This document shows, piece after piece, positions 29,233 to 39,617 of a stretch of 61,215 nt of DNA. Each line of letters opens with the position of its first letter. Within the stretch, counting starts at the first letter, position 1. Under the pieces are notes generated by a model. The model saw only the letters and a list, made by a program, of their open reading frames with translations. It had not been told where the DNA came from and did no database searches. This DNA comes from a virus (lineage: Duplodnaviria; Caudoviricetes), in IMG/VR virus record IMGVR_UViG_3300028571_000029, positions 1 to 61,215 of that record. One strand, 5' to 3'. The translations under genes and the position numbers were made by a program.

Positions 29233-30116
29233 TGAAAATAAGTTACATTCAAGGTCACGATACAACAAGTACAGAAACTAGAATTACTTTTAACTTAATA
29301 TCTAAATTTATAGAAAAAGGAATTACTATATTAATAAATGACTGTGATGATACATGTGACTATATATTATGTATGAACGGGCTAAGTCAGAATAGCAGGT
29401 TTAAAAGCATATCAGAAAGATATCCAAATATTAAATCAATAATGTATGTGTGGGATTTATACCCCTGGACCGAGTATGCCAGAGGCTTTGAATCAGTAAA
29501 TAATTATACAGAAATATGGACTCCTTCCAATGAAGTTATATTAAGATTAAAAGAAATATATAATGTTGATTCTAATAAATGTAGAGTTATAAGAGCATAT
29601 ATTAATTTCTTTGAAGATCTAGATAATAAATTAGACAATAAAGGATATGCCTATCATTTTGCAAGACCATATATAGATCCCAATTTAGGATTTTGTGAAA
29701 GAGCTTCAGAGATAACTAATATACCATTAGTTAAAAGCACTCATGACTTCTCTCCTGAAAAATATAAAACAACAATATTACAATGCTCATTTCTCGTAAC
29801 AGACTATATGGAAGCATCAACCGGAGGATTGACATTACTAGAAGGATACTACCATGGAAAAGATATACTAATATCAGATTCTATATATCAAGGAGCTAAA
29901 GATTATTTTGGTGATCGAGCCTTTTATTTTAAAGATGGTAATATAGATGATTATATCAAGAACTTTAAAATATTACAAGAAAGATCTTATAACTATTCAT
30001 TAAGTGAATATGAGCTAAAAGAAAGAAAAACATATTGTAATACAAATTTTAGTATTGATGTCATATCAGATAATATATTATCAAGATTACATAATTTGAA
30101 ATATAATGTTAACTAG
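29232..30116 (+). CDS. glycosyltransferase-like (GT-B)
   Basis: WDLYP, EASTGGLTLLEG. Confidence 0.6.
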   Translation: MKISYIQGHDTTSTETRITFNLISKFIEKGITILINDCDDTCDYILCMNGLSQNSRFKSISERYPNIKSIMYVWDLYPWTEYARGFESVNNYTEIWTPSNEVILRLKEIYNVDSNKCRVIRAYINFFEDLDNKLDNKGYAYHFARPYIDPNLGFCERASEITNIPLVKSTHDFSPEKYKTTILQCSFLVTDYMEASTGGLTLLEGYYHGKDILISDSIYQGAKDYFGDRAFYFKDGNIDDYIKNFKILQERSYNYSLSEYELKERKTYCNTNFSIDVISDNILSRLHNLKYNVN

Positions 30117-30118
30117 TT

Positions 30119-31081
30119 ATGAATAAAATATACTACATAAATGATCTAGGGTACTCAAACGGATATCACAATTTTGATAATCATAGATTACCTCAAGCTT
30201 ATATGGATATTTTTCCTTGGTATTCTGTTAGATGGGATTCTGTATATCAAGAAATAAAAGGAGATAATAACATTATTATAATACAAACTCCTACTAATAA
30301 TGAGCTTCAATGTCTTAATATTATAGATCATTTATGTAATAATAATAAAGTATTTATTAATCAGGAGAGCAGTATCTTTGATTGGTTTGATTGGCCAGCA
30401 GAAGAACAACAACTATATATTAAAATACTAACTAAAGCTAAAGCATTTTTATATCATAGCGAACACGATAAAGATGTAATGAAAGTATTTATAGATACCT
30501 TTATTAGATACCCTGGATGCATTAATTTCTCTGTGTCTGCCGGTAGATCTTTTAATCAAGGTGAATATGTACTTATACCTAATCCGATAAAGAGATATCA
30601 AAGAGGAATGATTACCCACAAGATTGTTAGTGATACTATTCCTGATATTAAAACCTATTCAATGTATTACCGTTATCCGGAACAGAAGTATAACCTATCC
30701 TTCCCTGACAAATATGAGATAGGAAATATAGAAGTATTACCTCGAATGATGTTTGATGAATGGATTGGAGTAATAAGCGGAACAAAATTTGGAGTAGATA
30801 TTCATAGAGAATTCTCTGGAGGTAATGTATCGTTAGAGTTTGGAGCATTAGGTGTGCCCTTAGTAGGAAACATTCTACTTGATACTCAAAGAGATATATT
30901 TCCAGACCTATCTTTTGAATATAAAGATTATGATAATATAAAAAATAGTATTAAATTGTTATGCAATGATAGGGACTTTTATAAAGAAGTAAGTAATAAA
31001 GCAATAGACAATATTAATCATCTGTATCGTAGCAATAAAGTGGTTGAAGATTTTAAAAAAGAGTTTATAAAATTAATATAA
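30119..31081 (+). CDS. glycosyltransferase-like (GT-B)
   Basis: SGGNVSLEFGALGVPLVG. Confidence 0.55.
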   Translation: MNKIYYINDLGYSNGYHNFDNHRLPQAYMDIFPWYSVRWDSVYQEIKGDNNIIIIQTPTNNELQCLNIIDHLCNNNKVFINQESSIFDWFDWPAEEQQLYIKILTKAKAFLYHSEHDKDVMKVFIDTFIRYPGCINFSVSAGRSFNQGEYVLIPNPIKRYQRGMITHKIVSDTIPDIKTYSMYYRYPEQKYNLSFPDKYEIGNIEVLPRMMFDEWIGVISGTKFGVDIHREFSGGNVSLEFGALGVPLVGNILLDTQRDIFPDLSFEYKDYDNIKNSIKLLCNDRDFYKEVSNKAIDNINHLYRSNKVVEDFKKEFIKLI

Positions 31082-31082
31082 T

Positions 31083-31808
31083 ATGGATAACAGAGAAGGT
31101 AAAAATATGGTTGTATTTAGAACTGAGGGTGAGAAATCGTGCGAAGTTCTATCAACTGGAATATTATCTCCTGATGAATGGGCAACAGAAGAATCATTGC
31201 AAAGAATATATGAACAGTCTTGGGATAAAAGATATACATTCGAAGCAGTAACAATTAATAATATAATATTAGGTAATAATTATAAAAGAGTATTAGAACT
31301 AGGACCAGGACCAGGAATATTATGTATTAAATTATTAAAATTAAATCCTGAGTTAGATTATCATTTAGTAGATATTGAAGCGGCTAAACAGGCTAATATA
31401 AAAAATAATATAGGCGGTACATTTCACGTTCAAGATCTTAATAATGATTTAGATATAGTTAATCTTCCTAAAGATATAGACATACTTATTGCTAATGATT
31501 TTTTAGAACATATACAAAATCCTGCTAAAATATTATTAAAAGCTAAATCTATTCTTAAACCAAACGGAAGAGTTTTTATATCTGTACCTAACTGGCGAAT
31601 GGGTCATGCATGGATATATAGAGGATTATTTGATTGGGATAACTTTATTCACTTTATGTGGCAGCATGGATTTGCAATCGAAGGATATCAAGACTCACCA
31701 TTAAAGACACCATACATGCCTAAATTACAATCAGAATCAACAATGCCAGACGAAATGATACAGAGCTGGAATTTTTATATACTATTTAAAAGAAGCGATA
31801 ATGAATAA
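31083..31808 (+). CDS. class I SAM methyltransferase
   Basis: VLELGPGPG, LEHIQNP, LKPNG. Confidence 0.88.
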   Translation: MDNREGKNMVVFRTEGEKSCEVLSTGILSPDEWATEESLQRIYEQSWDKRYTFEAVTINNIILGNNYKRVLELGPGPGILCIKLLKLNPELDYHLVDIEAAKQANIKNNIGGTFHVQDLNNDLDIVNLPKDIDILIANDFLEHIQNPAKILLKAKSILKPNGRVFISVPNWRMGHAWIYRGLFDWDNFIHFMWQHGFAIEGYQDSPLKTPYMPKLQSESTMPDEMIQSWNFYILFKRSDNE

Positions 31809-32994
31809 GATAACATTTGTATTACCAAGTAGAAACAATTTAGAATTTTTAAAACTTGCTTATAATAATTTAAAGAAACTATCCAATGGATATCATAATA
31901 TATTGGTATTAGATGATGCTAGTGAAGATGGAACTAATGAATGGCTAAGATCTTTACAGGATGATAAATTAATTATATATCAAAACCCTGGACCTGAAAG
32001 AATAGGTATTGTAGGTATGTTCGATAAAGGAATAGAGTTATCAGACAGTGAGGTCATAATGGCATTCCATGCCGATATGGTTCCCTCTCCTAATATGGAT
32101 ATAAACATATTAAAATACTTAAAGCCTTTAACTGTAGTATCAGCAACAAGAGTCGAACCACCACTACATCCTGCAGGCCCTGAAAAGATGGTTATTGATT
32201 TTGGAGATGAAGCTGAAACGTTTAGAGAAAAAGATTGGAATAGTTGGTCATTAGAAAATGAAAAAATAAATAAAGATAAAACTACTGAAGGTATATTTGC
32301 ACCATGGTGTATGTATAGAGAAGATTATCTATCAATAGGTGGACATGATTCATTATTTGCACCACAATCTAAAGAAGATTCAGACTTATTTAATAGATTT
32401 ATTTTAAATGGATATTCAGTAGTTCAGTCATGGGATGCTTTAGTATATCATTTTACATCTAGAGGAAGTAGGTTTAATAAATTCGCCGGAGGATCACCTG
32501 GAGTTAATAGTCCTGAATGGATTAATACTAACAATAAGAACTTAAAGAACTTTATTAGAAAATGGGGTAGTTTTGTTAAACATGATTCTATGATGAAGCC
32601 TGTAATTACTCCTAAATTTGATTTAGGATTTAGAGTTAGAAATATAGATATTCAGAAGCTAGCAGTATTGGAACCGCTATGTTCTAGTATAGGAATAGAA
32701 AATAGATTCGAAATACAAAGTGAATATATTAAAGTAGAACAGCAACACACTCCATTTAATCTAGCAGATAAAATAAAAGATTATGAACCAAACGGATTTA
32801 ATCCATTAACTAATAATATTATAATAGAGTTCGATGTTAATAAAATGAATGAACAATCGTTTAATATATTATTACAAATCCCGGATATTATTAAACAGTC
32901 AGGATCAGTAGGTGAATTTGAATTAGATATTTTTAAGGTAAATATTAAAAGTATGGAAACGTATGAGCATACCTTTATTAAAGTATATAAATAA
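31801..32994 (+). CDS. GT2 glycosyltransferase
   Basis: LDDASEDGT, HADM, GGHD, EDSD, YHF. Confidence 0.88.
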   Translation: MNKITFVLPSRNNLEFLKLAYNNLKKLSNGYHNILVLDDASEDGTNEWLRSLQDDKLIIYQNPGPERIGIVGMFDKGIELSDSEVIMAFHADMVPSPNMDINILKYLKPLTVVSATRVEPPLHPAGPEKMVIDFGDEAETFREKDWNSWSLENEKINKDKTTEGIFAPWCMYREDYLSIGGHDSLFAPQSKEDSDLFNRFILNGYSVVQSWDALVYHFTSRGSRFNKFAGGSPGVNSPEWINTNNKNLKNFIRKWGSFVKHDSMMKPVITPKFDLGFRVRNIDIQKLAVLEPLCSSIGIENRFEIQSEYIKVEQQHTPFNLADKIKDYEPNGFNPLTNNIIIEFDVNKMNEQSFNILLQIPDIIKQSGSVGEFELDIFKVNIKSMETYEHTFIKVYK

Positions 32995-33011
32995 GATATT
33001 TATTATAGATC

Positions 33012-34112
33012 ATGGCAGAAAATAAAATATTAAAAGAAGCAAGCATAATACCTAAACCAACTTATAGAGTAACTCTAGAAGGGCAGGAATTTAATGTTGT
33101 ATTTGATACAAACATATCAGAGACTAAAAGAGGTATTAAAATAAGATTTATTCCTGTAAACCAAGAGGTAGATATAAGAGAACTTAGTAACGTTGCTACT
33201 AAAATTGCAATTATATTGCAGAAGAAATTTGCTAATACTATGATTCAAATAGATAGAGATTTACAGCCTAGGGATCCATTAATAATTGGGTTTACTATAC
33301 CCTTAGTATCTATATCTGATTTTATAATGAATAGGGTAATTAGAGGAAAATAATACATTTATATTCTAAAGTTATGGATAAAAAAACAAACAAGAGGAAA
33401 CAAACCCCCTCCTTGCATGTATTTCCACTAAATGAAGATGCAACTGAATATATCATTAATTCAGATGAAATAAAAAATTATATATATAAAAATACTTATG
33501 AATGTTTAATATATTCATCCTTAAGAAGAAAGAAATCTGCACAAATATTTAGATTAAATAATACGGAGTTTTATTTAGAAATACCTGAAAATCAATGGAA
33601 TCAGGCAATTAATAGTTGTATTTGTTATTTCGAAAAAGAACAAGAGTTTGAAAAGTGTGCTGTTCTTACTAAATTAAAGTCTAAAACAAAAAATAGTTAG
33701 TTATATGAGCGAAGATTTTAATCCAATAAAAAAAGCAGTAGATCAGATATTAAATATAGATGCATCTATTAAAAGAAGAAAACATACAAAACAACAACAA
33801 TCAAAAGAATTATTCATAGATGCAATATCATCATTACAACAGGTTATTAACCGATCTGAAATAGTATTTGCAGATCTTAATATTGATTACTCAACATATG
33901 ATGAGCCTTTCTTTCAAATTATTGATAAGCTAATGATGATATTATTAGGAGAAGAAGTCTATTTAATAGTTTCATTTTATCTATGGGAAAGAACAAACTC
34001 AGATGGTACGCAAAATATTATTAATGACTCAGAAGGAAATGTAATTCCACTAGATAATCCACACGATTTATGGTCTCTAATTGTTAAATTAAATCCAAAA
34101 CTAGAGAAATAA
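33012..34112 (+). CDS. three hypothetical proteins (33012-33353, 33374-33700, 33705-34112)
   Basis: ORF track; the second ends in a UVR-like EKEQEFEKCA motif. Confidence 0.6.
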
Positions 34113-34113
34113 T

Positions 34114-34758
34114 ATGACAGGAAGACCAGCTGCAATGCTAACAGAACAGCAAATACGAGGAGCAATGAAAAGTACATTAAGTAATAAAGCTGCAGCTAGA
34201 TACTTAAATGTAGCATATCCTACATACAAAATGTATTCTAAAATGTATATTGATAAGGAAACATCTAAAACATTATTCGATATACATCTTAACCCAGCAG
34301 GAAGAGGTATAATTAAAATAACAGAGTCAGGTAGTAAAGAACCGAGACTTCAAGATTTGCTAAATAAAGGCATGACTGTTGAATCATATAGTGTTGATAA
34401 ATTAAAGAATAGATTATTACACGAAGGATTATTAAAACATGAATGTAATAAATGCTCCTTCTCTGAAAAAAGAGTGGTTGACTTAAGAGTACCTTTACTG
34501 TTAAATTTTAAAAATAATAATAAATCAGATTGGACATTAGATAATTTAGAAATGATATGTTATAATTGTTATTTTTTATATATTGGAGATATATTTAATA
34601 AAAAACAATTAAAACACATAGAAGATTACTCCGCATCTATATCGGAAGATAGTAAAGTAGATTGGGAGTTAGATGAATTTTATACAAAACACTTCCAGGA
34701 ATTAGGTCTAACAGACTTACCTAACGATAATGGAAGTGAATACATATCTAAACTATGA
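34114..34758 (+). CDS. HTH plus degenerate HNH/zinc-finger protein
   Basis: AAARYLNVAY HTH; CNKC...DNLEMICYNC. Confidence 0.6.
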   Translation: MTGRPAAMLTEQQIRGAMKSTLSNKAAARYLNVAYPTYKMYSKMYIDKETSKTLFDIHLNPAGRGIIKITESGSKEPRLQDLLNKGMTVESYSVDKLKNRLLHEGLLKHECNKCSFSEKRVVDLRVPLLLNFKNNNKSDWTLDNLEMICYNCYFLYIGDIFNKKQLKHIEDYSASISEDSKVDWELDEFYTKHFQELGLTDLPNDNGSEYISKL

Positions 34759-34811
34759 TAACTTAATTAAATAAAAGTTGTTTACTAAAATTAATAATCA
34801 TATATTTAAGC

Positions 34812-35066
34812 ATGAAAACATTATATTATTTTACATCACCAACATGTGGCCCCTGCAAAACGTTCAGACCAATCGTTGATAATACAGTCTCAGAATTAGG
34901 TATTCCGATAAAATATATTGATATATCTAGAACAATGGATATGGCTAATAAATACGATATTAGGTCGGTACCGACTTGTATTATTATAAAAGACAACCAG
35001 GTCTTAAATAGACATACTGGTATTATGAGTAAGGATCAATTTAAACAATTTATTAATAACGAATAA
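34812..35066 (+). CDS. thioredoxin
   Basis: CGPC, SVPT. Confidence 0.9.
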   Translation: MKTLYYFTSPTCGPCKTFRPIVDNTVSELGIPIKYIDISRTMDMANKYDIRSVPTCIIIKDNQVLNRHTGIMSKDQFKQFINNE

Positions 35067-35078
35067 AAATAAATTAAA

Positions 35079-35738
35079 ATGGTTATGAGAAAGTTAAAAA
35101 TTAAATTAACAAAATTATGGAGAAAGTTTTACTATATTGAAGATAATAAAGCGAACGATACTCAGAACACAGCAAGTTCTATCTTTAGGAAAGCCCTTAG
35201 GAATCGAAGTGCAGAACTAAGTATAATACCTACTGCTAATAAAAGAGTAATTAAAATAGAAAGAGAAGGATTATATATATTATTACAACATACTTTACTT
35301 GAAATAACAAATCATAAATATAGTTATCATTTAGAGATAAATTATAATATGTATTTAAACTTAAGTAGAATGTTTGACCAAAAGTTAGAATATATATGCA
35401 AGATTGAAGAAGAAGCAATTAACAATCAACTTAATGAAAGATTAAAAAAAGTATTAAAATTAATTAATGAATAAGTGGCAGTTAAAAACTTTAAAAATAA
35501 ATTACTAATACTTCAGAAAATGCTTGCTGAAGTAGAAAATATAAGAGATGATATGAATACATCTTTCCTAGAATTAGAATGCACTTCATCAGAAGAATCA
35601 GATTATAATATATTAATAGATACCCCGGTCTGCGAATTAATATCTAGTATTGAACAATTCATAGAAAATATCGAACATGATATATATGTTGATGAAGTTG
35701 AAGAATCATATGATGATTTTGAATATGAAGATAATTAA
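35079..35738 (+). CDS. two hypothetical proteins (35079-35474, 35475-35738)
   Basis: ORF track; followed by a terminator at 35747-35777. Confidence 0.6.
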
Positions 35739-35956
35739 AATAAACTAAAGAGCAGTTGAAAAATTGCTCTTTTTTTTATATCTTTAGTTATGACAATAGT
35801 AATGCAGCGTACATTAGAGTATGTAGTTAAATTAACTAGTACTCCAGGTATTGATCCTAAATTAACAGAATCGATTGTTGAATTATGGAAAAATGTTAGT
35901 CCTGATAATATGAGAGATACTAATGATGGGATTAGATATGTTAAAATAGAAACAAA

Positions 35957-36298
35957 ATGAGTAAATTAATAATAGGTATATTATTATCTGCATTAGCCTC
36001 AATCATAGCATTCTTTCAATTTCAAGGGCAATTTAAAATTGAATGGATGAAGAATAATCTATTAATAGTATCATTTTTAGGAATACCAATTGCTTATTTA
36101 TTTCTACTATCTGTAAAATATATGGTTGAATATTATGATGGGCAATTATGGCCCAGTAGATTAATTGGATTTGGGATTGGAATGATAATATTCATTATAA
36201 TGTCTAAAGCATGGTTTAATGAAGATTTATCAGTTAAAACATTAGTATGCTTGGTATTATCATTAATGATTATATCAATACAAATATTCTGGAAGTAA
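35957..36298 (+). CDS. 4-TM small membrane protein (DMT/SMR-like)
   Basis: Four hydrophobic helices, WPSRLIGF. Confidence 0.6.
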   Translation: MSKLIIGILLSALASIIAFFQFQGQFKIEWMKNNLLIVSFLGIPIAYLFLLSVKYMVEYYDGQLWPSRLIGFGIGMIIFIIMSKAWFNEDLSVKTLVCLVLSLMIISIQIFWK

Positions 36299-36302
36299 TA
36301 AA

Positions 36303-36627
36303 TATGAAAAAACAAAAATGCCACTATTGTGGATTAGAGAAAGAAAATTGCTTTAATGGACACATGTCTATGACACTCCCAGATGAGGGAATGGAAGCAA
36401 AAATCAATAAATGGGGTAAAATGAATTGGTGGGAAAATCTAGAACGTGATGATTTGACTGATGAGGAATTTAAAGAACTTGATCTAATTTGTATATATGA
36501 CCAGGCTCTTAATACAATAGGAAAAGGAGTAATGTGTAATGATTGTATTATATTAGAAGACGAGTTATATTCAAAATACTATCCATCACCATTAAATAAT
36601 GAAAAAACGAAGCAAAACACCTTATAG
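36303..36627 (+). CDS. hypothetical Zn-binding protein
   Basis: CHYC...CNDC; likely start MKKQKC. Confidence 0.5.
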
Positions 36628-36746
36628 TTAAAGTATTACATTAATATTATATTAATATGATATTTTACCTAATATCTTTAATATATATATGTATCACCAA
36701 TTAAATCCTACTTGCTATTTAATATTAAATTTAGCATTAGGTATAT

Positions 36747-37268
36747 ATGATGATTAATAAATGCATAGTAATTCTACTTATTCTGCTTCCTAGTCTAGGA
36801 CTAGCACAGAAACCACCCCAGACTAATCAGTCAAAAGAACAACAAACCAAAATTGAATATTTAAATCAAATGATAGGAATAGCATTAGACTATACCCCAG
36901 CATCATTAAGATTACATGATTTTATATTTGATTGGATTGGTAAACCCTATCGATTTGGAGGAGAATCAAAAAAAGGAATTGATTGCTCAGCTTTAGTTAG
37001 AGAATTATATAATAAAGTATTTGAAATATCTTTACCTAGAAGTTCAAAACAACAATTTAAATATGTTGAATTAGTTAATAAAAATGAATTACAAACAGGA
37101 GACTTAGTATTCTTTAAAATTAAAACCAAACAAATCAGTCATGTTGGGGTGTATTTGGGAGAAGATAAATTCTTTCAAGTAAGTAATAGTGGAGTAAATA
37201 TTTCATCATTACAACACCCATATTGGAAAAAATATTACTATAAGGGCGGTAGAATAAATAAAATATAG
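36747..37268 (+). CDS. NlpC/P60 (C40) peptidase with signal peptide
   Basis: PYRFGG, GIDCSA, GDLVFF, HVGVY. Confidence 0.92.
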   Translation: MMINKCIVILLILLPSLGLAQKPPQTNQSKEQQTKIEYLNQMIGIALDYTPASLRLHDFIFDWIGKPYRFGGESKKGIDCSALVRELYNKVFEISLPRSSKQQFKYVELVNKNELQTGDLVFFKIKTKQISHVGVYLGEDKFFQVSNSGVNISSLQHPYWKKYYYKGGRINKI

Positions 37269-37318
37269 TTGTTTATACAGAATATAATAACTATATTTAG
37301 TTATATAAATTATAAATC

Positions 37319-37813
37319 ATGAAAAAAATATCAATAGTAATATTAATATTAATATTATTAATATTAAATCCATTCTCATTAAGATCAGGCAATAATATTT
37401 TAAAAGTAAAAAATGATATAAACTATAAAATATTATATAATCAATTATTAAAGACAAGCATAATGTATCCTGATATAGCATTTGCTCAAGCAGTATTAGA
37501 AAGTGCACATTTTAAATCACCACTATTTATTAGAGCAAATAATTTATTTGGTATGAAGATACCTACTAAAAGACCAACAACAGCAATAGGAAGTACAAAT
37601 GGATATTCTAAATACAGTAACTGGAATAGCAGTGTATTAGATTATAAATTATGGCAAGAATTTCTCTTTAAAAGAAAAGGAGTAATGACTAGAAAGGAAT
37701 ACATATTATATATTAAAAAATGGTACGCTACAGATCCTAATTATATTATTAAGATTAAAAACAGTATTAATAAGTATTCATTTATATTAAAAATTAACAA
37801 TGAATCAATATAA
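37319..37813 (+). CDS. GH73 glucosaminidase-domain protein
   Basis: AQAVLES, NNLFGMK, YATDPNY. Confidence 0.88.
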   Translation: MKKISIVILILILLILNPFSLRSGNNILKVKNDINYKILYNQLLKTSIMYPDIAFAQAVLESAHFKSPLFIRANNLFGMKIPTKRPTTAIGSTNGYSKYSNWNSSVLDYKLWQEFLFKRKGVMTRKEYILYIKKWYATDPNYIIKIKNSINKYSFILKINNESI

Positions 37814-37942
37814 GAATTTACTTATATTATTAGTTATAATGATAACAATGACTATTATAGTTAAACTATTTAAATATTTAATAGGTAAAGGATAAGATAT
37901 GTATCGATGGCATTTTGATAAATGTAAAAATAAAGAAATAAT

Positions 37943-38239
37943 ATGAAAAACATTTTAGGAAAAACAGAGAATTTACAACTCTTTAATAAAGAGGGTAAAC
38001 TGGTTTATGAGTTTTATAAAAATTCCAATGGATTTAGTTATGAACGCACTTATGATTCCGATGGTAAGAAACTAACCTTTAAAGACTCCAATAGATATAG
38101 TTATGAATTAACCTATGATTCCAATGGTAAGGAACTAACTTACAAAGACTCCAATGGTATAACAAGAGGCTTCGACATTCCTGAATACACAATGGAACAA
38201 CTTGTAGAAAAATTAGGAAATTTTAAGATAAAGAAATAA
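37943..38239 (+). CDS. YDSNG-repeat protein
   Basis: 21-aa repeats YExTYDSxGKxLTFKDS. Confidence 0.75.
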   Translation: MKNILGKTENLQLFNKEGKLVYEFYKNSNGFSYERTYDSDGKKLTFKDSNRYSYELTYDSNGKELTYKDSNGITRGFDIPEYTMEQLVEKLGNFKIKK

Positions 38240-38297
38240 AATAGTTGCTTTATCAAAATTAAATCCGTACATTCCGGTATATTAAGAAATAAAGATT

Positions 38298-38525
38298 ATG
38301 AAATTAGATTTAAAATTATTACTTATTTATATCAAAGAAGATGATTACGAAGGAATGCTAAAATTTATTCCTGAAGGAATAGAACATAGAGCTTTCAAGT
38401 ATAATACTGCAGAGGATTTCGAATTATCAGGATCATATGATGAAGATGCTAGATACATTTATCCTGCTAGAGATAAAATGAAAGAAGCTTGTTTAGATAT
38501 CTGTATAAAAAATATAAAAAATTGA
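38298..38525 (+). CDS. hypothetical protein
   Basis: Own promoter cassette. Confidence 0.6.
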   Translation: MKLDLKLLLIYIKEDDYEGMLKFIPEGIEHRAFKYNTAEDFELSGSYDEDARYIYPARDKMKEACLDICIKNIKN

Positions 38526-38533
38526 TATTTATA

Positions 38534-38627
38534 TATGTATAGAGTCGGACCTATATGTATAACGAAAATATTAATTTAAAGCTTATGGTGAGTAGAGTGT
38601 CCGACCTCGAAAACCTAAGCTTTTTTT
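38534..38627 (+). promoter_or_regulatory. structured 5' leader with two hairpins whose loops are complementary
   Basis: Loop GTCGGAC (38544-38550) is complementary to loop GTCCGAC (38599-38605). Confidence 0.6.
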
Positions 38628-38630
38628 ATT

Positions 38631-39569
38631 ATGAAAAGATTAACAGAACAAGAAGTTATTCAACGATTTACTGAAGTTCATAAAGGTAAGTATAATTATT
38701 CAAAAGTATTATATAATAATAGTCAAATAAAAGTAGAAATAATTTGTCCAATTCATGGAAGTTGGATGCAGACACCATCTGATCATTTTAGAAGACATGG
38801 ATGTTTAAAATGTGATATAGAAACTCGTAAAGAACTTAAATATTCATTACAAGAGCTCTTACAAAAGTGTAAAAATAAATACGGAGAAATATATGATTAT
38901 ACAAATATACCAAAATACTCAGGAATAACTTCTGAAATTTATATTAAATGTAATATACATAATAATATAATTAATACGACTTTTAGCAGACACCTACAAG
39001 GAAAAGGAGGGTGTAAAGAATGTCAATATAAAGGTAACGCTAATAGTTTAAAATTAGGAGCTAATATTTTTATAGAAGAATCAAAAAAGATTCATGGGAA
39101 TAAATATGATTATTCAAAAGTAGTTTATAAAAATAATTCAACTAAAATAGAAATAATATGTAAAAAACATGGAGCTTTTTTTCAAACTCCAAATGCTCAT
39201 AAAGATAATAAACAAGGGTGCCCTAGTTGTAAAGAATCAAAAGGAGAATCTAGAATAAGGGTTTTTTTAGAATCAAATAATATACAGTTTATAAATCAAC
39301 ATTCTTACGAAGATTGTAAATATAAAAACAAATTATTGTTTGATTTTTATTTACCTAAATATAATCTAATAATAGAATTTGATGGAATGCAACATTATGA
39401 ACCAATACCATGGTTACATGGAAGGCCTGATTATAATTTTGAATATCAGCAATTAAAAGATAAAATAAAAAATGAGTACTGTATTAAAAATAATATTTCT
39501 TTATTGAGAATTAAATATACTGATATTAATAATATTGAAAGAATTATTACAAATTATTTGGGAATATAA
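38631..39569 (+). mobile_element. free-standing homing endonuclease (Zn-binding repeats plus C-terminal Vsr/PD-(D/E)XK-like domain)
   Basis: Three repeats Y(D/N)YxxxxY...CxxH...HxxxxGCxxC; FDFYLP...IEFDGMQH...KDKIKNEYC...LLRI. Confidence 0.8.
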
Positions 39570-39617
39570 AAAATATTTCATACATTTAAGATTATATAAT
39601 ATAAAAATAAAAAAAAT

